From positions 38,288-102,287 of the forward strand of contig DATJAP010000011.1 in the NCBI GenBank assembly GCA_035516155.1: a DNA stretch of 64,000 nucleotides, given 5' to 3'. Positions within the stretch are counted from its first letter, which is position 1. The number at the start of each line of letters is the position of its first letter. The DNA is from Nitrospirota bacterium. Its GTDB lineage: Bacteria; Nitrospirota; UBA9217. The notes beneath the pieces are model-generated. The model made no database searches. It saw nothing but the letters and a program-made list of their open reading frames with translations, and was not told the DNA's origin. Of the stretch, positions 45,304-54,844 are shown piece by piece. Position numbers and translations under genes: made by a program.

Positions 45304-48300
45304 GTGATCCAGACCGTTCATGCCGCGGTTAAAGGGCGTGTCCGTTATAAAGTTGATGGGCTCTATCGTTCGGAATCATTGAAACAGCATATTGAGCAAG
45401 GTCTCGTTCAGCACGAAGGGATCCTAAACGTTTCCGTCAACACGCTGACGGGCTCGGTTCTCATATTGTACGATATACGGAACGGCAATGGCAATGATGC
45501 AGTTGCCGTGGCCGGACTCCTCAAAGAGATCGTCGAAAGTCACCCAGCGGGCTCCTCAGCCGGCGGGGTGGAGAGAGAGAAGAGGAGACCTCGCGCCGTC
45601 GCTGCTTCGCCCATCACGCGGAGCGATGATCCCGGGTTTGCCCGCGGTAGTACGCCTCCGGTGCATCCGCAAGCAGGAGGAAAAAATCCGAGCCTGCGAA
45701 AAGTTAGGTCGCAAGTCGTCCATGCTGAGGAACAGCCTGAAGATCTCTGGCACTGCATGACGAGGCAGGAAGTTCTGCATCAGTGGGATGCCTCCGGCTC
45801 AACAGGCCTGTCTTTGGAATCCGCTTTGAGACGTGCAGCTCAATACGGTCCAAACCTCTTGCCGGAATCGGTTCCCCGATCCGGGTGGAGCATCTTCTTC
45901 GACCAGTTCAAATCCCTTCCCGTTGGCCTTCTCGGAATAGCCGCAGGCATATCAGTCTTCACGGGTGGCATTGCCGATGCTGTCGTGATCCTCGGCGTCG
46001 TGATGATTAATGCTGCCATCGGATATACGACCGAAAGGCAGACGGAAAAAACCATTCACGGTCTTAAGAGCCTCGTCCAGCCGGTGTCAACGGTCATTCG
46101 CGGCAATGCGCTGCAGGATATCGACGCCAAAGACATCGTGCCGGGCGACCTGCTCGTTCTCAGGCCCGGCAGCTATGTTGCCGCCGACGCCCGGCTTCTG
46201 GATTTGAATTATCTCAGCGTTGATGAATCAGCGCTGACTGGCGAGAGCATGCCGGTCAATAAGACAAAAGGGAAGCTGCAGTCGCCCGATATCCCGCTTG
46301 GCGACCGGACGAACATGGTGTATATGGGCACCCTTGTCACCGGAGGTCAGGGCCTTGCCGTTGTTGTGGCGACAGGCCGCTATACGGAGATGGGGAAGAT
46401 CCAGACTCTTGTGGGAACAGCGCGTCCTCCCGACACCCCCATGGAACGGCAGATGGACAGAATGGGCATTCAACTGGTCATCATCAGCAGTGCGGTATGC
46501 GGCATCGTGTTCATCATAGGGCTGCTGCGCGGCTATGGTTTTCTCCAGATGCTTAAAACCTCCATTGCACTGGCTGTTGCCGCGGTGCCCGAGGGTCTGC
46601 CGACCATAGCCACAACAACGCTGGCACTCGGCATCAGGCGCATGCGGGAATTAAATGTTCTTATTCGTCACCTTGACGCCGTGGAGGCTCTCGGTGCCGT
46701 TCAGACCATCTGTCTTGATAAAACCGGGACCATTACCATGAATCGCATGTCGGTCGTCGAGGTTCATGCCGGCCTGCGCCGTTTTACGGTATTCGACGGC
46801 AGGATTTCCGCCGATGGTACCACCATTAATCCCTATTCCAACGACGAAATCCTCCGCCTTGTCCATCTGTCGGTCCTCTGCAATGAATCAACGGTATCGA
46901 GACAGGAAGGCGAATATTCGGTTCAGGGCTCCTCGACGGAAAATGCCCTGGTTCATATGGCGCTCGCGGTCGGCGTCGACGTTAATGCGCTCCGGTCTCA
47001 GTATTCGCTGGTCAAAATCAACCACCGTTCCGAAGACCGTCATTACATGAGCACCATTCACCGTGCTGGTGAGGGACAGGGGTTGCTGGCTCTGAAGGGA
47101 AGCCCTTCCGAAGTGCTATCGATGTGTCAATGGTATCTCAAGGACGGTGAGAGGCTTTTACTTGATGACCATGCGCGGGAATTACTGGACAAGGAAAATG
47201 AACGGATGGCCGGTGATGCGCTCCGCGTGCTCGCGGTCTGCTATGCCCTGGCCGACGAGAAGGCGCTGAACAACGGCGATGGCTTCGAAGAAGGGCTCAC
47301 CTGGGTCGGGCTGGTAGGCATGGCTGATGTCGTTCGCGCCGGTGTAAAGAACCTCATGGGGACCTTTCATCGCGCGGGGATTGATACGGTCATGATTACC
47401 GGCGACCAGGGACCGACGGCCTATGCCATAGGAAAGGAACTCAACCTCAGCAAGGACGAAGAGCTGGAAATCCTGGACTCGAGCCATCTTTCTCAGCTGG
47501 ATCCTGAAGTCATGACGGCTCTCGCGGGACGGGTCAATGTCTTCGCACGGGTGAGCCCGGCAAACAAACTCCAGATCGTGCAGGCGCTCCAGTCGGCCGG
47601 TAAGGTCGTGGCCATGACCGGAGACGGCATCAATGATGGACCGGCACTCAAAGCGGCCGATATCGGCATTGCCATGGGCCACACGGGCACCGATGTGGCG
47701 AGAGAGGTGGCAGATGTCGTACTGGAGGACGATAATCTTGAAACCATGGTGATCGCCATCAGTCAGGGCCGGACGGTTTACAACAATATCAGAAAGTCAG
47801 TCCGGTTCCTTCTTGCGACGAACATGAGCGAGATCATGGTGATGTTTACCGCGATGGCGGGAGGAATGGGACAGCCGCTAAATGTCATGCAGCTTCTCTG
47901 GATCAACCTGATTTCGGATATCTTCCCCGGACTGGCGCTGGCCCTTGAGCCGCCAGAGCCCGATATCCTGTCCCGGCCTCCGCGCAATCCGAATGAACCA
48001 ATCATCAAACCCGGGGACTTCAAACGGATCCTTTTCGAGTCATCCACCATTTCCGCCGGGTCCTTGGCGGCTTATGGTTATGGCCTCGCACGATATGGTC
48101 AGGGGGCCGAGGCGGGAAGCATGGCATTCATGAGCCTCTGTACGGGTCAGCTTTTGCACGCGATCAGCTGCCGTTCCGAAACGCACAGCATCTTCGATTC
48201 CGACCGGCTAGCAACGAACAAGTATCTTACCGTGGCCCTCGCGGGTTCCCTCAGTATCCAGACCGCAACCATGTTCGTCCCGGGCCTGCGGCGGTTCCTC

Positions 48301-48480
48301 GGTTTAAGCCCGCTGGGGCCAGTGGACGCCTTAATAGCCATAGGGAGCGCAGTCGTGCCGCTTCTCATTAACGAAGCAACAAAGACACGCGCCATTACCG
48401 TTCCACAGCAGACGAAACAGGGCGATTCCCCAGTCGCAGCCGGGGAGCCGGAAAACATTCGTTTAGACGCGGTTATGTGA
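45304..48480 (+). CDS. P2-type (SERCA/PMCA-like) cation-transporting P-type ATPase with an N-terminal HMA2-like domain
   Basis: - GTG start after AAAGGGGGG.
- N-terminal KGRVRYKVDGLYRS...GILNVSVNTLTGSVLILYD.
- Core motifs LTGESMPV, ICLDKTGTITMN, TGDGINDGPALKAADIGIAMG and TM4 AVPEGLPT (P2-type rather than the CPC/SPC of P1B). Confidence 0.9.
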   Translation: MIQTVHAAVKGRVRYKVDGLYRSESLKQHIEQGLVQHEGILNVSVNTLTGSVLILYDIRNGNGNDAVAVAGLLKEIVESHPAGSSAGGVEREKRRPRAVAASPITRSDDPGFARGSTPPVHPQAGGKNPSLRKVRSQVVHAEEQPEDLWHCMTRQEVLHQWDASGSTGLSLESALRRAAQYGPNLLPESVPRSGWSIFFDQFKSLPVGLLGIAAGISVFTGGIADAVVILGVVMINAAIGYTTERQTEKTIHGLKSLVQPVSTVIRGNALQDIDAKDIVPGDLLVLRPGSYVAADARLLDLNYLSVDESALTGESMPVNKTKGKLQSPDIPLGDRTNMVYMGTLVTGGQGLAVVVATGRYTEMGKIQTLVGTARPPDTPMERQMDRMGIQLVIISSAVCGIVFIIGLLRGYGFLQMLKTSIALAVAAVPEGLPTIATTTLALGIRRMRELNVLIRHLDAVEALGAVQTICLDKTGTITMNRMSVVEVHAGLRRFTVFDGRISADGTTINPYSNDEILRLVHLSVLCNESTVSRQEGEYSVQGSSTENALVHMALAVGVDVNALRSQYSLVKINHRSEDRHYMSTIHRAGEGQGLLALKGSPSEVLSMCQWYLKDGERLLLDDHARELLDKENERMAGDALRVLAVCYALADEKALNNGDGFEEGLTWVGLVGMADVVRAGVKNLMGTFHRAGIDTVMITGDQGPTAYAIGKELNLSKDEELEILDSSHLSQLDPEVMTALAGRVNVFARVSPANKLQIVQALQSAGKVVAMTGDGINDGPALKAADIGIAMGHTGTDVAREVADVVLEDDNLETMVIAISQGRTVYNNIRKSVRFLLATNMSEIMVMFTAMAGGMGQPLNVMQLLWINLISDIFPGLALALEPPEPDILSRPPRNPNEPIIKPGDFKRILFESSTISAGSLAAYGYGLARYGQGAEAGSMAFMSLCTGQLLHAISCRSETHSIFDSDRLATNKYLTVALAGSLSIQTATMFVPGLRRFLGLSPLGPVDALIAIGSAVVPLLINEATKTRAITVPQQTKQGDSPVAAGEPENIRLDAVM

Positions 48481-48644
48481 TCGCGCCTGATGGAGATTGA
48501 GGATTAGGTATCATCTAATCTATGACCGGTGTTCATTGGGGGAATGAAAATCGACGATTGTCCGGCTTTCGAGAGACTTCACCATCATATTTGAATTCCG
48601 CCCTCCATTAAGGTGGGGAGAGTTCTGAAGAAAGGCAATCTTAG

Positions 48645-49844
48645 ATGAAAAAAGATTTCATGTTTACCTCGGAATCGGTGACGGAAGGCCATCCTGACAA
48701 GCTGTGCGACGTCATCAGCGATGCCATCGTGGACCATTTCCTTCAGCAGGATCCGTTTGCGAATATTATTGCCGAATGCGCGGTTGCAACGGCCATTGTG
48801 TTTATCGCGGCGCGATTTTCCTCGCCGGTCAGAGCCGACTTCGCGAACATCGCCCGCCAGGTCATCAATATGGTCGGCTATGATCAAAAGGCGTTCAATT
48901 CCAAGACCTGCAGCATTATAACGAGTCTCAAGGAGTTTCCCGACGGAGTTCGGAGAGGTATCGATGAACTAACGATGACGGAGGACGAGCTCGAACGGGT
49001 CAGTGTGCGGAACCAGGTCACAGTCTTCGGATTTGCCTGCAATCAGACGTCGGCGTTCATGCCTCTCCCCATATGGCTCGCGCACCGGCTTGCCCGAAAG
49101 CTGACGTCCGTAAGGCTCCAGAAGATTCTGCCCTATCTCGCGCCCGATGGAAAAACGCAGGTGGGCGTGGAATACCGGAACGGCAGTCCCTCCCGCATTC
49201 ACAGCATAACGGTCATTGCAAGCCAGGAACGTTCTCCGGAAAAAGGCGGACCAAACGGGGGAAAACTTACTGATGATATCAGGGAGGCGGTAATCAATAC
49301 GGTTTTCCAGGACGAGGTGGTGAAGCCGGACGACAAAACGCGGATTTTCGTCAATCCGGAAGGCCCCTTCATCCAGGGCGGCCCCTCGGTGCATTCGGGG
49401 CTCACGGGAAGGAAAAACGCGATTGACACCTATGGAGAATATTCGCGCCACAGCGGGTCGGCGCTGACCGGCAAAGACCCTTCGCGGATCGACCGGATCG
49501 GGGCTTATGCCGCCCGCTATGCGGCGAAAAATGTGGTTGCGGCGGGACTGGCCACGTCCTGTGAAGTTCAGCTCAGCTACTCAATCGGTTTTTCGCGTCC
49601 CGTGAGCGTCCAGGTGGAAACCTTCGGGACCGGCGTAATATCCGATGAAAAGATAGCCGACCTGGTGGAGAAACATTTCGATTTCCGTCTGGCGGGGATC
49701 ATCCGACAGTTCAATCTGCGATACCTGCCATCGCAGGTCAAGGGGGGGTTCTATCGCAAACTCGCGGCCTACGGTCAGGTAGGAAGAATGGACATCGGCC
49801 TCCCTTGGGAGCTAACGGACAAGGCCGCTCTCCTGAAGAAATGA
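48645..49844 (+). CDS. metK: S-adenosylmethionine synthetase
   Basis: FTSESVTEGHPDKLCDVISDAIVD, GLTGRKNAIDTYG and TGKDPSRIDRIGAYAARY are MetK signatures. It is somewhat divergent from the enterobacterial sequence. Confidence 0.9.
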   Translation: MKKDFMFTSESVTEGHPDKLCDVISDAIVDHFLQQDPFANIIAECAVATAIVFIAARFSSPVRADFANIARQVINMVGYDQKAFNSKTCSIITSLKEFPDGVRRGIDELTMTEDELERVSVRNQVTVFGFACNQTSAFMPLPIWLAHRLARKLTSVRLQKILPYLAPDGKTQVGVEYRNGSPSRIHSITVIASQERSPEKGGPNGGKLTDDIREAVINTVFQDEVVKPDDKTRIFVNPEGPFIQGGPSVHSGLTGRKNAIDTYGEYSRHSGSALTGKDPSRIDRIGAYAARYAAKNVVAAGLATSCEVQLSYSIGFSRPVSVQVETFGTGVISDEKIADLVEKHFDFRLAGIIRQFNLRYLPSQVKGGFYRKLAAYGQVGRMDIGLPWELTDKAALLKK

Positions 49845-50199
49845 TACCGGCCAGGCGAGGCGCGGATGTATGGTTGAGATGTCCTGTTGATTGAGACGTG
49901 CTATGATATAAATAGGGAGCATCAAAGACATGATAATTTGGAGCTTATCGCCGGAAAAGATTTTTCTGGTAGCAAGGGCAAGAGAAACGGATCAGGGGGT
50001 TAGAGGGAAACCTTAAGGATGATAAAATCTCTATTGCAAGGAATAGTCGGTTTTTGTGACGTATAGAGCGAAGGGTACATAGAAAAAGGGCACGAGGCGC
50101 GTTCAGGCCTCTGGTTCCGATAGTCAGTCGGAACAAGTCGCAGTGAGAGGGAGCGAGTCGCTGACGAACGGCCCCAGATGGTGGAGGAGGGAACACAGC

Positions 50200-50457
50200 A
50201 TGGACAAGAAGATGGTTTTCAATCACACTGTGGAACGTAATCATCAGGTTGCCATTGAGAATCTCGCTAAGAGCCTCAATCATTCTCCGGAACGCATCAA
50301 TACGCTGTATGCGATGGTCCTCAGGCACTACCTGAAAACGGCGCGGATCAAACATTTTGTCTCGGCACTCGTCACCAAACGAGTCAAGGAGTTGATAAAG
50401 GATACTAGGCTGCCTTCTGATATAGAAGGCAGGAGAAGCCATTCCCGTGAATTTTAA
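50200..50457 (+). CDS. DUF3562-like small protein (paralog of 42675-42905)
   Basis: The ATG at 50200 follows GGAGGAGGG. VAIENLAKSLNHSPERINTLYAMVLRHYLKTARIKHFVSALVTKRVKELI parallels the 42905 protein. Confidence 0.5.
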   Translation: MDKKMVFNHTVERNHQVAIENLAKSLNHSPERINTLYAMVLRHYLKTARIKHFVSALVTKRVKELIKDTRLPSDIEGRRSHSREF

Positions 50458-50552
50458 TACCGGAGGGTATGCCGATCAACGAAAATCTGCCGTGAACTTA
50501 CCGTCGTTGAGTGGGAACGCATTATCTTCCAGGGAGTCTGTTTATCCGGCTC

Positions 50553-50672
50553 CTACGACGCTCTTTGGAGTTCAGCGCCGCAGCTGCATAATTCCACGAC
50601 TTCCGGGCAGGTAATCTGATACGACTTATTACAATTCGGACATACAAATTCAACCCTATATCGCGGATCCAT
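50553..50672 (-). CDS. 39-aa zinc-ribbon mini-protein (below the ORF-track length cutoff)
   Basis: The sequence is MDPRYRVEFVCPNCNKSYQITCPEVVELCSCGAELQRAS (CPxC...CxC). GGAGGTG RBS 9 nt upstream. It competes with the 81-aa track ORF (50522-50767) in another frame, which lacks any motif. Confidence 0.35.
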   Translation of the reverse strand: MDPRYRVEFVCPNCNKSYQITCPEVVELCSCGAELQRAS

Positions 50673-50773
50673 TCTTGAACACCTCCGGAGATTAAAATGG
50701 CTTGCGGGAGCGTCTCGCGCTCATCGCAATCGCTGATGCCATCTTCTTTCTTAAGAAGAAAATACAATAATGA

Positions 50774-50813
50774 GTTTACAGTAGTGTGACAGTTGCATTA
50801 AACTTCCATTACG
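50774..50813 (+). promoter_or_regulatory. Weaker 11-bp-phased array GTTTACA / TGTGACA / CATTAAA / CATTACG
   Basis: The heptamers start at 50774, 50785, 50796 and 50807, between the mini zinc-ribbon ORF and mgtA. Confidence 0.3.
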
Positions 50814-51130
50814 TGGTCATCCCACGAAAGGGCTGGGAGCGTTCGTGAAGAAGAATCGAGAGGAGGCCTGATAGCTGTCCCGGCGCCAGCGTCTCTAATT
50901 CATGGTTGCGAAATAATAATACGTAACCCTTCCGGTCCGCCTGTTGCGGGCAGATATGGCCTTAATTGAATACGAATAATAAGCAGAACAGGACCATTTT
51001 TTCATCATCCCCCGCCCCGGACAGGCATGTAATAAATTATCTGATAGACAGTTGTGGAATTAGCGATTACGGTGTTATATGTAGTGATCTAATTCCGGAC
51101 TTTTCGACAAGATGATTCAAGAAGTTACAT

Positions 51131-53770
51131 ATGATGCCTCCCTTTGTTTCTAAAAAAAATGCGGCGAAACCCATTGAGATGACTCAGAGTGAGCAGGATC
51201 TTCTCGCTATATGCGCTCTCACTCCAGAGGCGGCTCTTGCAACGGTCGGCGTATCAGAGAGGGGATTGGATCCCGATCAGGTGCGCGACCGGCGGACACG
51301 CTTCGGTTGGAACGCGACCGCAAATCACAAAAAAACGGGTTTTCTTTATGAAATCTATCAGCGCTGCAAAAACCCCCTTGTTATTCAGCTTCTGGTCATT
51401 GCAGCGATCTCCTTCGCTATGGGTGATCTTCGCGCGACGGTTATGGTCGCTGCCATGGCCCTCCTGAGTGTGGGGCTCGGTTACTATCAGGAATCACGGG
51501 CGGACCGTGCGGTGGAAAAGCTTCAAGCCATGGTGCGCACAACCTGTGTCGCGATGCGCGAGGGAAAAGAAACAGAGCTTCTCATGGACCAATTGGTTCC
51601 CGGTGACATCGTCATCCTCGCGGCAGGAGACATGATCCCAGCCGATTTGCGCCTTCTCAGCACCAAGGATTTTTTCGTAAGCCAGTCCGTGCTTACAGGG
51701 GAGTCGATGCCGGTCGAAAAAATGGCTGCCGCAGCAGCCACGTCCACTCAGAACGGTTTGGAATTAGCAAATGCCTGCTTTCAGGGGAGCAACGTCCTGA
51801 GCGGGTCGGCGCGTGGGCTTGTGGTTAACACCGGCAACAGAACTTACTTCGGCTCAATTTCAAAGAATCTTTCTTCACTGCGCGTCCTGACCAATTTTGA
51901 CAAAGGAATCAATGCCTTCACCTGGCTGATGATCCGTTTCATGATCGTCATGGTGGCGGTGGTTTTCCTCATTATCGGCATCACAAAGCACAACTGGCTG
52001 GAGGCGCTGCTGTTCGGCCTTGCCGTGGCCGTCGGACTTACCCCGGAGATGCTCCCGATGATTGTGACGGTCAATCTATCGAAGGGAGCGCTCGCGATGT
52101 CGCGGAAGAAAGTAATCGTCAAGAGACTCAACGCCATTCAGAACTTCGGCGCTATGGACGTATTCTGCACGGACAAGACCGGCACGCTTACTCAGGACCG
52201 CGTCGTACTCGAAAAGTATGTTGATGTAACAAACCGCCAAAGCGATGACGTGCTTCGCTATGCGTACCTGAACAGCTACTACCAGACGGGTCTGCGTAAC
52301 CTGCTAGACCGGGCCATCCTGGAACACGGCGAACTTGATGTCGAGCGCACCTGCCGGAAGGTGGACGAAATTCCTTTTGATTTTTCGCGGAAGCGGATGT
52401 CGGTGATCATCGATTATGAAGGCGCTCACGTGCTCATCTGCAAGGGAGCGGTGGAGGAAATGTTCGTTGTCTGCGACCACTACCAGGTTGATGAGGAAAT
52501 CCATCCTCTCATCGAAATGCTTAAAAAAGATCTCATGGAAGAGTACCGGGCTCTGAGCGCAGACGGCTACCGGGTCCTGGCAATCGCATACCGAGAGTAT
52601 CCCCAGACCCAACAGGTCTTTTCCGCGGTGAATGAATCCGGCTTGATACTTTTAGGATATGTAGCTTTTTTCGATCCGCCGAAGGATTCCGCCCTCAAGG
52701 CGCTGGCGGAATTGCGCCGTGTGGGAGTATCCACCAAGATTCTCACCGGCGACAATGAACTCGTGACACGGAAAGTGTGCCGTGATGTCGGCTTGGAGAT
52801 TGAGGGAATTGTAACCGGTCCGCAGCTCATCGGCCTCAGCGACGACGAGCTGACGGAGCTGGCGGAAAAATCCACGGTGTTTGCCCGTTTATCACCGCTT
52901 CAGAAAGAGCAGCTGATTCGCGCCATGCATCGGGGTGGTCATGTTGTCGGATTTCTGGGAGACGGCATCAATGATGCACCGGCAATGAGAGCCGCCGATG
53001 TGGGTATTTCCGTCGACACCGCAGTCGATGTGGCTAAGGAATCGGCGGACATCATCCTCCTGGAAAAAGACCTTTCCGTTTTGGAGCAGGGGACCCTCGA
53101 GGGTCGCAAAGTATTCGGCAACATTATCAAATATATTAAAATGGGCGCAAGCTCCAATTTCGGCAATATGTTCAGCGTTGTCGGAGCCAGCCTTTTCCTG
53201 CCTTTTATTCCCATGGCGCCGATTCAGGTATTGGTCAACAACCTTCTTTATGATCTTTCCCAGTCCGGCATCCCAACGGACAAGGTGGATGACGAATTTC
53301 TGGAAAAACCCCGCCGCTGGAACATTAACAGCATCAAAAAGTTCATGCTGTATATCGGTCCCACAAGCTCGGTGTTCGACTACACGACGTATGCCCTGAT
53401 GCTTTTTGTTTTTCACTGCGCGCGTTACTCCCTCCCGGGGGTGTCGGATAATTCCAAAGTCTATTATGAGAGTCTTTTCCACACAGGGTGGTTTGTCGAA
53501 TCAATATTGACCCAGACGCTCATCGTGCACGTTATTCGGACCAATCGGATACCATTTATCCAGAGCAGGGCCAGCGCCGCCCTGACGCTGACCACGCTCA
53601 CCGTCATGGCCGCGGGAATCATCCTGCCCTATTCGCCGCTGGCGGATTATCTTGGCTTCGTAAGACTCCCCGCCGCGTACTGGCTGTGGATCGTAATGAC
53701 CCTCACGGCCTACGTGTCATTGACGCACTACGTCAAAACTTGGTTTGTTCGCAAATTTGGAGGCGATTAG
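51131..53770 (+). CDS. mgtA: Magnesium-translocating P-type ATPase
   Basis: YYQESRADRAVEKLQAMV, LTGESMPVEK, FCTDKTGTLTQDRV, TM4 LTPEMLPMIVTV and GDGINDAPAMRAADVGISV. The length (879 aa) and motifs are typical of MgtA/MgtB. Confidence 0.9.
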   Translation: MMPPFVSKKNAAKPIEMTQSEQDLLAICALTPEAALATVGVSERGLDPDQVRDRRTRFGWNATANHKKTGFLYEIYQRCKNPLVIQLLVIAAISFAMGDLRATVMVAAMALLSVGLGYYQESRADRAVEKLQAMVRTTCVAMREGKETELLMDQLVPGDIVILAAGDMIPADLRLLSTKDFFVSQSVLTGESMPVEKMAAAAATSTQNGLELANACFQGSNVLSGSARGLVVNTGNRTYFGSISKNLSSLRVLTNFDKGINAFTWLMIRFMIVMVAVVFLIIGITKHNWLEALLFGLAVAVGLTPEMLPMIVTVNLSKGALAMSRKKVIVKRLNAIQNFGAMDVFCTDKTGTLTQDRVVLEKYVDVTNRQSDDVLRYAYLNSYYQTGLRNLLDRAILEHGELDVERTCRKVDEIPFDFSRKRMSVIIDYEGAHVLICKGAVEEMFVVCDHYQVDEEIHPLIEMLKKDLMEEYRALSADGYRVLAIAYREYPQTQQVFSAVNESGLILLGYVAFFDPPKDSALKALAELRRVGVSTKILTGDNELVTRKVCRDVGLEIEGIVTGPQLIGLSDDELTELAEKSTVFARLSPLQKEQLIRAMHRGGHVVGFLGDGINDAPAMRAADVGISVDTAVDVAKESADIILLEKDLSVLEQGTLEGRKVFGNIIKYIKMGASSNFGNMFSVVGASLFLPFIPMAPIQVLVNNLLYDLSQSGIPTDKVDDEFLEKPRRWNINSIKKFMLYIGPTSSVFDYTTYALMLFVFHCARYSLPGVSDNSKVYYESLFHTGWFVESILTQTLIVHVIRTNRIPFIQSRASAALTLTTLTVMAAGIILPYSPLADYLGFVRLPAAYWLWIVMTLTAYVSLTHYVKTWFVRKFGGD

Positions 53771-53772
53771 GC

Positions 53773-54543
53773 ATGAAAAGTCTTTTGACCGCGCTCAAGG
53801 ACGGTCGGCTTGTGGAACTTCCCGACAGTGACAAAGAACAATCATTGCGATACCTTGCGCATCTTATCGAGGGCATCCCGGAACTGGGTGGGCATCTTCA
53901 GGTTGATGAAGACGTGCTGGTTCGCGAGCGCGAGGGAAACACCGGGATCGGCCTGGGGGTGGCCTGCCCCCATACGCGCGGCACTGGTGCGGGAGAATTA
54001 TGGTGCGCGGTGGGTTGGAGCCCTGCAGGGATCGATTACGGTTCTTCTGACAATCAAAAAGTTCATCTTGTGGTTATGTATTATGTCCCCGATTCAGAAA
54101 AAGCGGCTTATCTCAAGGAAGTCTCCGCGCTTGTATCAGCCATTAAAAAAGAAGAAGGCATCCAGGCGATTTCGGGTGCAGAGGATATCGCCGATGTGCG
54201 TAATCGCCTACTGGATTGGGTATCGACGGCGATTGAGGCGGGGATGCCGGAAGCCCGCGCGCGAATGGTGCGTCTGGAAGCACGGCAGGCGGCCGCCGGT
54301 TTTGCGCCCCCGGGTCTTCAGATCATTCCCGTACTCATTGTGAGCCAGCCGGGTCAACCGCCGATTGTGCTCTCGCCAAATTCGGATTTGTCCTCGGCTC
54401 TGGAAAATGACGTCGACATTTCGCCTCTCCTGAAACGACAATCATCATTCGAGAGACTGGGATATTGGTTTGTATACCGGTCCACGATGATATACGATCC
54501 TCAGCGTCCGCTCTACGATTACCTCGCTGTGAAGGTTGGATGA
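53773..54543 (+). CDS. PTS EIIA type-2 (PtsN-like) domain protein with a C-terminal extension
   Basis: The ATG at 53773 lies 3 nt after the mgtA stop. LRYLAHLIEGIPELGG...REREGNTGIGLGVACPHTRG...VHLVVMYYVP resembles PTS_EIIA_2 (His in the GVACPH context). The track ORF start at 53488 overlaps mgtA in another frame and was rejected. Confidence 0.5.
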   Translation: MKSLLTALKDGRLVELPDSDKEQSLRYLAHLIEGIPELGGHLQVDEDVLVREREGNTGIGLGVACPHTRGTGAGELWCAVGWSPAGIDYGSSDNQKVHLVVMYYVPDSEKAAYLKEVSALVSAIKKEEGIQAISGAEDIADVRNRLLDWVSTAIEAGMPEARARMVRLEARQAAAGFAPPGLQIIPVLIVSQPGQPPIVLSPNSDLSSALENDVDISPLLKRQSSFERLGYWFVYRSTMIYDPQRPLYDYLAVKVG

Positions 54544-54844
54544 CTGACCATTCCTAAGGGTTCAACCCAGGGGCTTTTTGCGATTAGGTGGGTAAATTGT
54601 CCACAGGCGATGCTGGAGGCAGACTTGAGATAGTTCCTTCATTTCCCAAACAAAGAGAAAGGACAGCTCGCGGTGAACGATTATCATCAGTAATAATCAA
54701 ATGATGTGGCGTTTTGACAGCCTCAAAGGACGGCGGCTCCTGCCGAATTGTCTGGATTATGGAATAGAGGAAAAAAGGGAGGAAATGAGAAGCAACCCCC
54801 TGCTTCCGGGAAAAGACGGGGAGAATATCCGGCCGGATAGGCCG

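Noticed and set aside
48481-48644. Looked for a SAM riboswitch upstream of metK. Only a small imperfect hairpin (CCCTCC...GGTGGG) overlaps the RBS.
   Set aside because: There are no recognisable SAM-I/II/IV conserved cores, and the hairpin has a mismatch and is short. It is not reportable without a covariance-model search.
49945-50442. 165-aa minus-strand ORF opposite the DUF3562-like gene.
   Set aside because: The plus-strand DUF3562-like ORF has a strong RBS and a paralog in the window. The antisense product has no recognisable features.
50768-51130. Looked for an M-box (ykoK) Mg2+ riboswitch or a known mgtA leader upstream of mgtA.
   Set aside because: I could not find the conserved M-box core sequences by eye. 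An Infernal/Rfam scan would be needed for a real answer.
53488-53772. Upstream 95-codon extension of the EIIA-like ORF, overlapping the mgtA 3' end in another frame.
   Set aside because: This region is clearly the conserved C-terminal TM part of MgtA. The ATG at 53773, just after the mgtA stop, gives a sensible N-terminus.
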